Source of the DNA: Rebecca billardiae RCC1528
Lineage: Eukaryota; Protista; Haptophyta
Direction: 5' to 3'
Assembly (NCBI GenBank): GCA_965240325.2
Contig: OZ251227.1
Coordinates: forward strand, 3,162,001-3,226,000
DNA length: 64,000 bases
Shown: positions 45,008-55,284 of the stretch, piece by piece
Layout: every line of letters starts with the position of its first letter
Position numbering within the stretch: position 1 is the stretch's first letter
Notes under the pieces: generated by a model
What the model saw: only the letters and a program-made list of their open reading frames with translations
What the model was told of the DNA's origin: nothing
The model's database searches: none
Made by a program: the position numbers and the translations under genes

Positions 45008-46840
45008 GGCGCCGGCGCCGGCACGGCTGATATCCTCACGATCGAGCGAGCGTCAGACGACGGCGACGGCGGCGCGGACGGCGGCGCGGCCGGCTCGCGC
45101 GCCGGCGACTCGGAGTCGGAGCTCGGGATCGATCGCTCGCTGCTGCTGTCCTACTCGTCGGAGGAGGAGGGCGGCGGCGACGGCGGCGACGGCGGCGACG
45201 GCGGCGACGGCGGCGACGGCGGTGCGCCGGGCGCAGCGGAGGAGGCCGCGGCTGCCGCCGCCGCCGCCGCGCTGGAGGCCGGGGATGTGGGCTGGTGCGC
45301 GCGCCGCGCCGCGCGCCCGCGCACGCACGCCGCATGCGCCGCGCGCGCCCCGCGCGGCGGCCTCGCCCAGGCCGTGTGCAGCGCAGCGCGTGTTGTTTTC
45401 GCATTTCTTTTCCCAGGCCGTTTTTTTTTCCACAGCGCGGCGCAGCGCTGCGCGTGCTCACGCGCGCGTGCGCCCGCCGCCGCTTGCGCGCGCCGTGTGT
45501 GTGTGTGCCTCGCGCGCAGGCCGAGCCGCCGGCCGCCGACCGCGGGTGTGCTTGAGCGGCTCGCCGCGCAGGAGGCTGCGCGCGCGGACGCCCCCTGGTC
45601 CGCCGAGCGGCACGCGCGCGCCGAGGCGCGGCGGCAGCGACGGCTGCGCGCGACCGAGCGCGGAGACCTGGAGCTGGCGGAGGCGCTGCGCGCCGCGGAC
45701 GAGCCGGCGGCGGTGGCGCGCGTGCGCAAGCCCGAGGATGAGCTGCTCGACTTCACGGACGCGGAGGAGGTGCGTGCCGGCACTGCCCTGCGTTCCGCGC
45801 GCGGCGCGGCGTGCCGTGTGAGAGCGCGCGCGTGTGTGCCGCGCTGTGCGCGCGTGTCCCGAGTCGTGTGGTTACACGCGGCGGTTACGCATGCCCGTTA
45901 CACGCGGCGGTTACGCATGCCCGTTACACGCGGCGCTTACGCATGCCCGTTACACGCGGCGGTTACACTGGGGCGGACGGCGGGGGGCGCCCCGCTGCCT
46001 GCTGGGCTGGGCTGTGCACGGGCCTGCTGGATACGCGCTGCGGCGCGGCTGCGGCTGCGGCTGCGGCTGCGGCTGCGGCTGCGGCTGCGGCTGCGGCTGC
46101 GGCTGCGGCTGCGGCTGCGGCTGCGGCTGCGGCTGCGGCTGCGGCTGCGGCGGGGAGCGCGCGTGTGGTGTGCCGCGGCTCGAGCGCTTCAGCTGCTGAC
46201 CGCCACCCGCCACGCCGCCGCGCGCCGCGCGCCGCGCGCGCAGGTGGGGCGCATCGACTCGGCGTTCGAGCACATGGAGGCGCGCAAGGCCGCGATGACG
46301 GGCGCCGAGGTTCGCGACCCGCTCAGCCGCCAGCTGCGGGTGGCGCTAGCCACCGAGAGACTGGCGGAGCCGCTGTCGGCGGAGCTGGAGGAAGGAGGTG
46401 GGAGCCCCTCCGGCCGGCCGCCGCTGTCGCCGGTGAAGATCCGGCTTGGCGACACGAGCGGCGCGCACGCGCGCTCGACGCTGCCGCCGGTGGGCGGCGG
46501 GATCAAGATCGCGCCGCCGCCAGAGGTCGCGGAGGCGCTGCTCGCGCCGGGCGACGCTCGGATCCCGCGCGGCCGCAAGGGCAAGCGACCGACTGGCCTG
46601 CGGCGCGCGAGCCTGCTGGGCGGCGGCGGCGCGCAGGCGGCCGCCGCCGCTGCCGCGTCGGACAGCTCCGACTTTGGCGGCGGGGGCGGCAGCAGCGACG
46701 GCAGCGACGGCAGCGACGACGAGCAGGGCCCCGACCCCGTCGCGCTCGCAGCCTCTCTCAATACTCCCTCGGCACGGGGCCATGTGGCCGATAGCGCGCA
46801 GCGCCGCCGCGCCGCTGGCGTGCGCCCGCGCGGCGAGTAG
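32223..46840 (+). CDS. Giant (~4600 aa) protein with Sfi1-like centrin-binding repeats and a long low-complexity tail; introns 32367-32497, 45295-45519, 45770-46243
   Basis: Periodic (F/L)xxW(R/K)-like repeats (AFQPW, LGGWR, CRAWR, FVMWS, LRRWR, FDGWA, IRAWR, WRAWS, VASWH) at ~33560-34750. The ORF runs uninterrupted and the GT-AG sites keep the frame. Confidence 0.6.
40201..40255. repeat. (GGC)n trinucleotide tract encoding poly-Gly
   Basis: About 18 GGC units. Confidence 0.9.
45871..45968. repeat. 26-bp intronic minisatellite (~3.75 copies)
   Basis: Unit GTTACACGCGGCGGTTACGCATGCCC, built from two related 13-mers. Confidence 0.9.
46045..46150. repeat. (GCGGCT)n intronic microsatellite
   Basis: About 17 hexamer units. 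Confidence 0.95.
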
Positions 46841-47163
46841 CGGGACACGGCAAGTGGCGGTGGCCGAGGCGCTCGAGCTGGTGCGCGCTGCGTACAGTAC
46901 TGAGAGCTAGGAGTCAGACTACTCGGCTGCGAGTAGCCATTCAGACATACTACTACTTAACTACTTCGTCGAGTCACTGACTCACTGACTGTGCCTGGTG
47001 CAGCCACTGGAGTTTCGTCATCCAATGTCCGACGTGAACTGTGCGAACTGCGAACGGGCGCGGCCCTGCGAACACTCACGGCCGTGGGGTATCAGCGCGC
47101 TACTCCTTGGGCACGTCTCCTGCCGCCGGCCGCAGCGCATCGACGAGCGTCCGCCGCGCCGAC

Positions 47164-48843
47164 ATGGGGACGGCGCCAGCGGGCAAGCGCGGGCTGGACG
47201 CGGGCGAGTCGGAGGCGCAGCGCAAGGAGAGAAAGCGTAGGAAGAAGGAGGCGCGCAAGGCCGCGGCCCTCGCCGCTGCGGGCGCTCCTGCGCCGACCGC
47301 GCTCGCGGCGACGGCGCCTGCCGCCGCGCCCGAGGCTGAGGCGCGCGGCGCGCGCAAGGGCAAGGGCAAGGAGAAGGGCGAGAAGCAGCGGCGGAAGGGA
47401 AAGGACGGCGACCGGGCGGCGAGCGCCACGGCGGGCGCGCACCACGCGCACGGGGATGACACGCTCTCGGCGCCGCGCGCGGCCACATCGGCGCCGGCAG
47501 ACGCGCGCGCCGAGCTGGATCGACGCTACCGCGCGGAGCACGAGATCAGCGCGGGCGAGGGCGCGAGCGCGGACGAGCTGCCGCCGTGCGTGCGCTCCTT
47601 CGACGACGCGCCCTTCGCCGCGCCGCTCGTCGCGCGGCTGCGCGCCGCCGGCTTTGCGCAGCCGACGCCCATTCAGGCACAGGGGTGGCCTGTGGTTGCG
47701 TCGGGCGCCGACCTGATCGCCGTGGCGAAGACGGGCTCGGGCAAGACGCTCGCCTTCCTGCTGCCCGCGCTGCACGCGCTCGGCGCGCACGACGCGCCCC
47801 GAGCCGACGCCGCCGGCCCGCCCGCGCCGCGCGCGCTCGTGCTCGCGCCGACGCGCGAGCTTGCTCAACAGACGTCCGTCGCTGCCGAGCAGTACGGCGG
47901 CGCCGTCGGCCTGCGCTCGGTGTGCGTGTACGGCGGCGTGCCCACGGGGCCGCAGCGCGCCGCGCTCGCCGCGCAGCGCCCGCACGTCCTCCTCGCCACG
48001 CCCGGCCGCCTCGTCGACCTGCTCGGCGCGCGCGCGCTCTCGCTCGGCGCCATTTTATTTTTTATTCTGGACGAGGCCGATCGCATGCTTGATATGGGCT
48101 TCGAGCCGCAGCTGCGCGAGGTGCTCGGCGCGCTGCCCGGCGCGCGGCAGACGCTGTGCTTCTCCGCGACGTGGCCGCGCGCCGTGCGCAAGCTCGCCGC
48201 CGCCTTCCTCCGCGCCGCCGCGACCGTTACGCTTTTCCTCGGCGGCGGCGCGGACGCCGAGCTCGAGGCGAACCGCGCGGTCTCGCAGGCGTTTGTGCAC
48301 GCGACGGACGACGAGAAGGAGAAGAAATTGTACGAGTACCTGTGCGGGCTGGGGGAGGGCTCGCGCGTGGTGGTGTTCGCCAACACGAAGCGCCGCGCCG
48401 AGGCCCTCGCCACGCGCTTCTGGCACGAGGGCTTCGGCACCTGCGCCATCCACGGCGACAAGCGGCAACAGGAGCGCGACGCGGCGCTCGCAAAGTTTGT
48501 CGCACAAGAGTGCCCGCTCATGTTCGCGACCGACGTCGCGGCGCGCGGCCTCGACATCAAGGGGGTGAGCCACGTGGTGAACTTCGACATGGCGAAGGAC
48601 GTCGCGTCGTACGTCCACCGCATCGGCCGCACCGGCCGCGCGGGCGAGCTCGGCGCCGCGCTCACCTTCTGGAACCCGGACTACGACAAGGAGTGCGCGC
48701 CCGCGCTCGTGCGGATCGCGCGCGACGCGGGCCAGCCGGTGCCGGACTGGCTCGCAAAGTTCGAGAAGGCCAGGCCGAGCAAGCAGTGGAAGGTGGACGA
48801 CGCGTCGATCGCGACGCTCGGCGCCACTCCTGCGCCGGCGTGA
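47164..48843 (+). CDS. DEAD-box RNA helicase (DBP2/DBP3/DDX5-like)
   Basis: Q motif GF..PTPIQ, AKTGSGKT, PTRELA, TPGRL, DEAD, SAT, ARGLD and HRIGRTGR, plus a Lys-rich N-terminus. Confidence 0.95.
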   Translation: MGTAPAGKRGLDAGESEAQRKERKRRKKEARKAAALAAAGAPAPTALAATAPAAAPEAEARGARKGKGKEKGEKQRRKGKDGDRAASATAGAHHAHGDDTLSAPRAATSAPADARAELDRRYRAEHEISAGEGASADELPPCVRSFDDAPFAAPLVARLRAAGFAQPTPIQAQGWPVVASGADLIAVAKTGSGKTLAFLLPALHALGAHDAPRADAAGPPAPRALVLAPTRELAQQTSVAAEQYGGAVGLRSVCVYGGVPTGPQRAALAAQRPHVLLATPGRLVDLLGARALSLGAILFFILDEADRMLDMGFEPQLREVLGALPGARQTLCFSATWPRAVRKLAAAFLRAAATVTLFLGGGADAELEANRAVSQAFVHATDDEKEKKLYEYLCGLGEGSRVVVFANTKRRAEALATRFWHEGFGTCAIHGDKRQQERDAALAKFVAQECPLMFATDVAARGLDIKGVSHVVNFDMAKDVASYVHRIGRTGRAGELGAALTFWNPDYDKECAPALVRIARDAGQPVPDWLAKFEKARPSKQWKVDDASIATLGATPAPA

Positions 48844-49395
48844 GCCGTTGACGGCGCCGCACGCGCAGCATTATTGATGACGACGCGATAGATGATATCA
48901 TGCTCATGCTCTGGCTAGTTCAGACCCGCCGCTCCTTTTGGGAGGCCGCTCCGCGGGCCCGCGGAGCGCTCCGCACGGAGCAATTTATTGTTCGTGGGTA
49001 CGACCACGAAACGGCTGGGTCTGAACCAGCCAGGCTCATGCTGCATGCAGCAGCAGCGCATATCGCTCATCATCACTACTGTACTATGACGATATGATGA
49101 GTATTGAGTTACTCACTCAGACTGTCTGAGAGTGATGAGTTGATGCTGATGATCGACGCCGGATATGATAATGCGCTGATGCTATAGTGCATGCGCTGAC
49201 ATGATGATCAGCTGAAGTTATTGTTAACAGTCGCGCGACTACCGACGACAGCAGTCGGCTAGCGCTGCCACTGGGCGGCGGCTGCCACCACAGCAACAGG
49301 CGTCGCAGCGGGCGCAGCGGCCAGCCCACCGCCTGGCCGCCCGCCCGCACTGCCGAGAGGCGCGGGAGGGGGACCCTGGCGGGTGCGGTTCGGGC

Positions 49396-50739
49396 TCACG
49401 CCGCGGCCTTCTCGGCGGCCTCCGCCTCGGCGACGGCGCGCTTGCGCCGCGTGAGCGGGCCGAACCAGTCCACGAGCCGCCGGCGCGTCGAGTTCCGCTG
49501 CTCACGCTCCGCGTCCCGCGCCCTAAGCTTCTCAATCGCCCGCTCCGTTGCCTCGGAGCGAGCGCGCGCGCTCGCCTGCCGTTGCATGGCGGAGGCGCGC
49601 GCAGCGTCGGCGGCCTGGCGCAGCGAGGCCTCGGCCTGCTGCGCCAGCGCGGCGGCGGCGGGGCTGGGCGCGTCCTCGCCGATCCCGCGGAGGATCGAGC
49701 GCTCCGCAGCGCCGAACGCGCGCGCGCCGCCCGCGCCCGCCGCGAGCGCCGCAAGGGCGCCGCATGCGCGCTCCGCTGGCGGTGGGTGCGGGCTGCACGC
49801 GGCGGTGAGGAGTGCCGAGACCAGCTGCGGGCGGAGCAGCCACGGGTGGCAGCGCTCGTCCGCCGCGAGCCGCTCCATCACCGTCGCCGCCGCGAGCAGC
49901 AGCCCCTGCGCCTCCTCGCCACCGCCCTCGTCCGAGCCGCGGTCTACCAGTGTCGTCAGCAGCCGATCGGCGCGCGTGCTCAGAAGCGAACGGAGTGCGC
50001 TGTCGTCGGCGCGGCCCTCGGCCGGGACGAGGGCGAGCAGAGCGGCGGCGGCGTGGACGAGCGCGGCGGGCACGTCCGACTCGAGCGCCTCCGCGCGCCG
50101 ACCCGCCGCCTCCGCCGCCTCCGCGCCGCCGCAAGCGCGCTCGATGGCGCGCAGACGCGGCGGCGCGTCAGACGGATCAAAGCACGCGGCAGCGAGCAGC
50201 CGAAGCGCACCGCGCTCGGCGCGGAGGAGCTGGGCGGAGGAGGGGCGCAGCGACTCGGCGAGGTCGAGGACGGGCTGCGCCCACGGCGCCGCCGCGTGCG
50301 CGAGCGCGAGCGCGCGCGAGAGCAGCCCGCCGCTTTCCTTGGCGCGCGCGCGCTCGCGCGCGAGCAGAAATGCGATCGCCGTGTCGTCGAGAGTGTCGAG
50401 CATGCCGGAGTGGAGGATGGCGTACCCGCCGGGGAGCGCGAGCACGCGGCTCTCCTCCGACTGCACCAGCGCGAACTCCCACGCCGCCGAGCCCTCGTCC
50501 CGCGCCTCGGCGGCCGCGAGCCGCTCGTCCGCGCGCGCGACGCGCTTGTAGCTGGCCTCGCCTTGCCCGATCAGCATCCGCTCTGCCTGCTCGACGCGGC
50601 GGTCGAAGCAGGCCTTGCCGAGCTGGCGCTCGTACTGGCCGCCTACCGCCTGCACCGTGAGCACGCCCACGGCGACAGAGCCGCCGAGCGCGAGCCCCGC
50701 GCCGCGGAGGACGCGCGCGAGCGACGTGGCGTGAGCCAT
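49396..50739 (-). CDS. OMA1/M48 peptidase-like protein lacking HExxH, with a helical C-terminal region
   Basis: WEFALV..LALPGG..LHSGML..LDD.AIAFLLA-RERAR (HExxH position) and GALRLLAAACFDP resemble OMA1. There is an N-terminal TM segment. Confidence 0.65.
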   Translation of the reverse strand: MAHATSLARVLRGAGLALGGSVAVGVLTVQAVGGQYERQLGKACFDRRVEQAERMLIGQGEASYKRVARADERLAAAEARDEGSAAWEFALVQSEESRVLALPGGYAILHSGMLDTLDDTAIAFLLARERARAKESGGLLSRALALAHAAAPWAQPVLDLAESLRPSSAQLLRAERGALRLLAAACFDPSDAPPRLRAIERACGGAEAAEAAGRRAEALESDVPAALVHAAAALLALVPAEGRADDSALRSLLSTRADRLLTTLVDRGSDEGGGEEAQGLLLAAATVMERLAADERCHPWLLRPQLVSALLTAACSPHPPPAERACGALAALAAGAGGARAFGAAERSILRGIGEDAPSPAAAALAQQAEASLRQAADAARASAMQRQASARARSEATERAIEKLRARDAEREQRNSTRRRLVDWFGPLTRRKRAVAEAEAAEKAAA

Positions 50740-50892
50740 GGCGGTCCAAGGGCGTGCACCACGCGAGAGCGCCAAGCCGTGCATCCGCGTCACGTGCTGC
50801 CGCTCAGACTGTGCCGCCGATAGGGCCGCGCCCGCCATCATCAGTTTCGTCGCGAATACTTGTTGTACTGAGGTCGTCACGAACTGGTCCTG

Positions 50893-52089
50893 ATGGCGGC
50901 GCGCCGCACGCGGTGGCGCGCGGCGGTACTGATCATCGTCGCAGGCACGCCACCGTCGCCCTGCGTGGGCGCTCCTGCACTGGTGGTGCACGGCGTCGGG
51001 CGGCCCCTCGCCACGGTCCACATTGGTCCGATGAAGACGGGGACGAGCACGATTCAGCGCATGCTGCTGAGCAACACGACGCGGCTGCAGCGCATCGCCG
51101 AGGCTGAGGACGGCCTCGGCACGCCCGTCGGCACGACGCAATACGCAGGGCATGTGTCCCTTGCCGTCGCGCTACACAAGCCCTGGCAGCTTGTGCCCGG
51201 GCGCCGCGCCCCGCGCGCTTGGCGCGACCTGCTGCGCATCGTCGACTCGGTGCCGCGCGCGCTCCTCCTCTCGTCGGAGGTGTTCAGTCTCCCGGGCGTG
51301 CATGCGCGGCCGCTCCTGCAGGCGCTTGCACCGACGTTCGACGTGCACGTCGTCATCGCGTACCGTCGCGTCTTCGACTGGCTCGTCTCGATGCACCACC
51401 AGCTCTTCCGGACCGACGGCAACAACTACCGGACTCCGCTTGACCTCGTGCGCGCAGCGCGCATGCACCTCACGCTCGGCGAGTGGCTTGGCGCGAGGAC
51501 GAGGCCGTCGGCGCGGGCCGAGTTCAATCGCTCGTACACGAGCCGTGCGTACGAGGCGTGGACGCGCGAGGGCGCGCGCGTGGCGATCTTCAACCTGCAC
51601 GAGAGTCCGGAGGTCCCGCTGCTGGAGCGCTTTGTGTGCGGGCACATGCGCGTGCCGCATGCGTGCGCGTGGCTGCGCGACAGCGCGGAGGGCCGCGCGC
51701 TCGCGCTCGAGCGCGTGAACGACGCCGAGCCGGCCGCACGCAGGTACGTCGCCGACATCGCCCTCACCGCCGTGCGGGACGGCAGCGTGCCTGCCGCCGC
51801 AGTCAACGGCACCGCCACGAAGCAATTTGTGGACCGCTTGGTGGCTGCGCATGCGGCGGGGCGCGTGAGCGGGGCGCTGCCCGTGGCGTGTGCGCCCGAG
51901 GCTGAGCTCGAGTGGGTGTGGAGCCTGAGCGTGCGCGAGGAGGCGCGCCTCGTGCCGGAGTGGCACGAGGTCGCGCGGCTGCGCAGCGCGTACGAGGCGG
52001 CGCTCAACTCGACGGCCGTATTCTGCTGGGCGGACACCGCAGCAGCGCTGAGCCAAGGAGGCGCGTGGCTCGCCGCCCTTGAGGCTTGA
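50893..52089 (+). CDS. Sulfotransferase-like (P-loop fold) protein
   Basis: VHIGPMKTGTSTIQ (5'-PSB-like), LLSSE.F and VVIAYRR..DWL.S, plus an N-terminal hydrophobic stretch. Confidence 0.7.
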   Translation: MAARRTRWRAAVLIIVAGTPPSPCVGAPALVVHGVGRPLATVHIGPMKTGTSTIQRMLLSNTTRLQRIAEAEDGLGTPVGTTQYAGHVSLAVALHKPWQLVPGRRAPRAWRDLLRIVDSVPRALLLSSEVFSLPGVHARPLLQALAPTFDVHVVIAYRRVFDWLVSMHHQLFRTDGNNYRTPLDLVRAARMHLTLGEWLGARTRPSARAEFNRSYTSRAYEAWTREGARVAIFNLHESPEVPLLERFVCGHMRVPHACAWLRDSAEGRALALERVNDAEPAARRYVADIALTAVRDGSVPAAAVNGTATKQFVDRLVAAHAAGRVSGALPVACAPEAELEWVWSLSVREEARLVPEWHEVARLRSAYEAALNSTAVFCWADTAAALSQGGAWLAALEA

Positions 52090-52387
52090 GCCTGAGCCGA
52101 CGAGCCTCGCCACTAGCGATAACAACAGCATCAGCTAGCAGCAGTCGTACGTACGTAGGCACGACTGCTCGCCTGCTGCCATATCGTCCGCGCCGCCATT
52201 GGCTACTATAGCGCACTTAGCACTGCTAGCAGTATACAGCATCACAGCAAGCAGTATCAAGTATGTATATGCATGCTGCTGATGACACTGACTCCCAGGA
52301 CGAGACTGACGACGTCCGCCGGCTTGTTGGCCCATATATAACTGCTGATATATATGCGCGTGCGCATGATGCGCGTGATGCCGGCCG

Positions 52388-55114
52388 TTACTTGTTAGCA
52401 GCAGCAGCCTCGTCCGTAGCGGGCGGAGAGCCCACGGCCACGGCTGATGCGGCAGCGAGCCCCACGCGATCGCCTGCTGAGGCATCATTCTCAGTCACAG
52501 TGCAGCCTGCGCGCGCGCCTGCTGCACCCTGCGCCGCACAAGCTGGCGGCGCGGATCCGCCGGCATGCGGCGCCAGCTTACGCGGGAGGCGCGGCTGTGC
52601 TCCCACGAAGCCTGCTGCCATGCCCGCAGGCGCGACGGCGCGCGGCGCGGGGCGAATCCGGCCGTCCGGCGGTGCCGGGTCCGTAGCTGCCGGCGCGCCG
52701 CCCGCGCCCGCGCCGCCCGCTCCTGCGCCGTCCACCGCGTGTCCAGCAGCGCTCGGCGCCGCCGGCGCGCGCTTGAGGTCGACCTTCGAGCGCACCACCT
52801 GCAGCGCTGGCGTGACCCACGCGCCGCACGAGCACTGCAGCCCGGCCCAGGCGAAGGAGCCGAGGCGCGCGCCGCACGCGCACAGCAGCTTGGGCCCGGC
52901 GCGCACGAGCGCGGGGCCACCGCCACCGCCGCGGCCGCGCTCGCGCGCGGAAGGGGCGTCGACGGGGTCGTCCAGCTCGGCGAGCTCGACCACATCCAAA
53001 TCCAGGAACACGCTGGTGCACGCCGCGCCGCCGCCGATGTGCTGGCCGCCGATGCCACCGCCGCCGCCGCGCCGCCCGAACGCCAGGTACGGCTGCGGCT
53101 GCGCCGCCCTGGCCGCGTGCGGCAGCACAGCTGTCGCCTCGAACAGCGGAGTGCGGCATCGGCCGCACATGTACCGGCTCGGCGCGGGCGGCGAGGCGAC
53201 AGGCGGCTGGAGCGGCGGGCGCGGCGCGCTTGATTCGCAGGCGGGCGCGGCTGCGGCTGCGGCTGCTGCGGCGGCTGCGGCGGCGGCGGGCGCAGCAGCG
53301 GCGGCGGTGGTGGCGGCGGCGGCGGTATCGGCATCGGCGGCCGACGCCAGATCGGAATCTGGGCCAGCCGCGGCCGCGCAGGCAGGCGCGCTCGCGTGCG
53401 CGGCGGGGCGCAGCGGGGCGCCCTGGCCAGCCGTGGCGTCGTCCGCCCGCGGCGGCGCACGCGCGCCAGCGCCCGCCGGCGCGGCTGCGCCAGCTCGGCC
53501 GCTCTCGCCCTCCGCGGCCGCAAGTCCCCGGCCACCAGTGCCGCGCGTGGCGGGTGCGCTACGCGGCGCGCTCATGCGCCGCAGCTCGATGCCGGCCGCG
53601 AGCACGCGGAGCGCGCCCAAGGACGGCGAGGGCGCGGCCGCGGCCGACGGCACTCGCTTGGGCGCGTGCGCGCGTGCGTGCCACTGGGCCTCAGCCAGGA
53701 GCTGGGCCGAGAGGGTGGGCACTGCCGCAGCCGGCGGCCCCGTGATAGTTGGCACTGCCGGCGCGTGCCACTGGGCCTCAGCCAGGAGCTCGGCCGAGAG
53801 GGTGGGCACTGCCGCAGCCGGCGGCCCAGCGGCAGTTGGCACTGCCGGCGCGCGCTCCGCCGGCGGCGCGCGCGTGCCGTCGCCGTCAGCGGAGCCCACG
53901 TCAGGCGGCGGCGGCGGCGCGGCCGAGACTGCAAAGGCGGCCGGCTGCAGCTGCGAGATGGCTGCACACGCCTCGGCGAGGTCAAGCGGCCGTGCGTCGC
54001 GGTCGACGCCGATCGCCAGCGCGGCCGCGACGCACGGCCCAGGCGGAAGCGCGGCCGGGGGACCCTGCAGGACCGCGCACGGCCGTGCGGCGCCCGCGCC
54101 CTCGGCACTCGGTGGCGAGATAGGGCTAGGGTTAGCGACGGGGAGCGCGCTGCCGACGGCGAGCACCGTGACGTCCGCTGTGAGCGCCGAGCGCGCGAAG
54201 AGCGCGCACGCCGCCATCGAGAGAGCGAGGTCGTCCGCTGCCTCGCCCGCCGCGGCTGCATCGGCGGCCGTGAGCGCGGCCGCGGCGCGCGCGGGCGCCG
54301 CGCCGCCCTGCCGCTGCGGCTGCGCCGGCTGTGCCGCCGCCGGCGGCGGCGGCGCAGCGGCCGGCAGGCTGACAGCCAGGTGAGCTCCCAGAGCGACACT
54401 CGCGCGCGCGGCGGCGCGCGTGTGCGCGGGCGCGAGGCAGAGCACCCGGCGCACACCCAGCGCGCCGAGCAGCTCCAGGTCGAGCAGCGCGAGCGGCTGC
54501 GCCACGAAGAGCTGCGAGTCGGCCACGCGCCGCGGCACGCACGCGCGCAGCGCGCGCTCGTCGCCTGTCGCGGCCGCAGCGCTGAGCAGCTGCCTGAGTG
54601 GAACGAGTGCGGCACAGGCGTCGAGCGCGCGCGAGAGCGCGGCCGAGGCGTGCCGTTCGTCGCGCGCGCCCTCGTCAAGCGCGCCGTCCCCGAGCGCCGA
54701 CTCGAGCAGCTCGCTCAGCGGGAGCCACACGAAGTCGGGCGCGTGCGTGGCCGCCTCCTCTGGGGACGAGCCCTGCGCGGGCGCGCGCGCGCTCGGCAGC
54801 GGCAGCGGCAGCGGCTTGACGGGCACGGCGAGCACGGCGTGCACGCCGTCCGCGGCGCGCGAGCATGTGACGCCACGCCCGGCCGCGAGCTTGTCGCGGA
54901 GGTACGCCGTCGCGCCGGCGGCCCCGTCCGCAAAGCAGGCGGCGATCGGAGCAGCGCGCGCGAAAACGCGCGCGGCCGCTGCATGCAATTCCGCGTCGTC
55001 CGGCGCGGGCGGCAGCTCGAGCGCATGCGTGCCGTCGCGCCCGGTACGCGCGAGCAGCACGCACAGCTCGCCGCCGGGCAGCCGCGAGTACGGCAGCAGC
55101 ACGCTCGCATGCAT
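52388..55114 (-). CDS. DUSP12/YVH1-like zinc-binding-domain protein with a degenerate phosphatase domain
   Basis: YMCGRCRTPLF..H..C..KLLCACGARLGSFAWAGLQCSCGAWVTPALQV..SKVD. A DSP-like entry (RVADSQLFV..LGVRRVLCL) is present but there is no HCx5R. An 87-bp tandem duplication lies at ~53676-53850. Confidence 0.75.
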   Translation of the reverse strand: MHASVLLPYSRLPGGELCVLLARTGRDGTHALELPPAPDDAELHAAAARVFARAAPIAACFADGAAGATAYLRDKLAAGRGVTCSRAADGVHAVLAVPVKPLPLPLPSARAPAQGSSPEEAATHAPDFVWLPLSELLESALGDGALDEGARDERHASAALSRALDACAALVPLRQLLSAAAATGDERALRACVPRRVADSQLFVAQPLALLDLELLGALGVRRVLCLAPAHTRAAARASVALGAHLAVSLPAAAPPPPAAAQPAQPQRQGGAAPARAAAALTAADAAAAGEAADDLALSMAACALFARSALTADVTVLAVGSALPVANPSPISPPSAEGAGAARPCAVLQGPPAALPPGPCVAAALAIGVDRDARPLDLAEACAAISQLQPAAFAVSAAPPPPPDVGSADGDGTRAPPAERAPAVPTAAGPPAAAVPTLSAELLAEAQWHAPAVPTITGPPAAAVPTLSAQLLAEAQWHARAHAPKRVPSAAAAPSPSLGALRVLAAGIELRRMSAPRSAPATRGTGGRGLAAAEGESGRAGAAAPAGAGARAPPRADDATAGQGAPLRPAAHASAPACAAAAGPDSDLASAADADTAAAATTAAAAAPAAAAAAAAAAAAAAPACESSAPRPPLQPPVASPPAPSRYMCGRCRTPLFEATAVLPHAARAAQPQPYLAFGRRGGGGGIGGQHIGGGAACTSVFLDLDVVELAELDDPVDAPSARERGRGGGGGPALVRAGPKLLCACGARLGSFAWAGLQCSCGAWVTPALQVVRSKVDLKRAPAAPSAAGHAVDGAGAGGAGAGGAPAATDPAPPDGRIRPAPRAVAPAGMAAGFVGAQPRLPRKLAPHAGGSAPPACAAQGAAGARAGCTVTENDASAGDRVGLAAASAVAVGSPPATDEAAAANK

Positions 55115-55284
55115 GACGGGCTCAGCTGACGACGCGCGCACTCGCGTCCGCGGGCGCCATCGTTGGCTGAGCAAGCCGCCCGCTCTGCGACGCGCAGGTC
55201 CGGTGCTTCCACCTGCAGTGAAGAACTGAGCGCGATCGCGGCATCGTGCGCCTCGGCGTGCCGTCCGCCTCGCCGGTGACGGCG

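Noticed and set aside
45871-45968. CRISPR-like or telomeric repeat
   Set aside because: It is a head-to-tail 26-bp minisatellite with no spacers, inside an intron, and is not TTAGGG-like.
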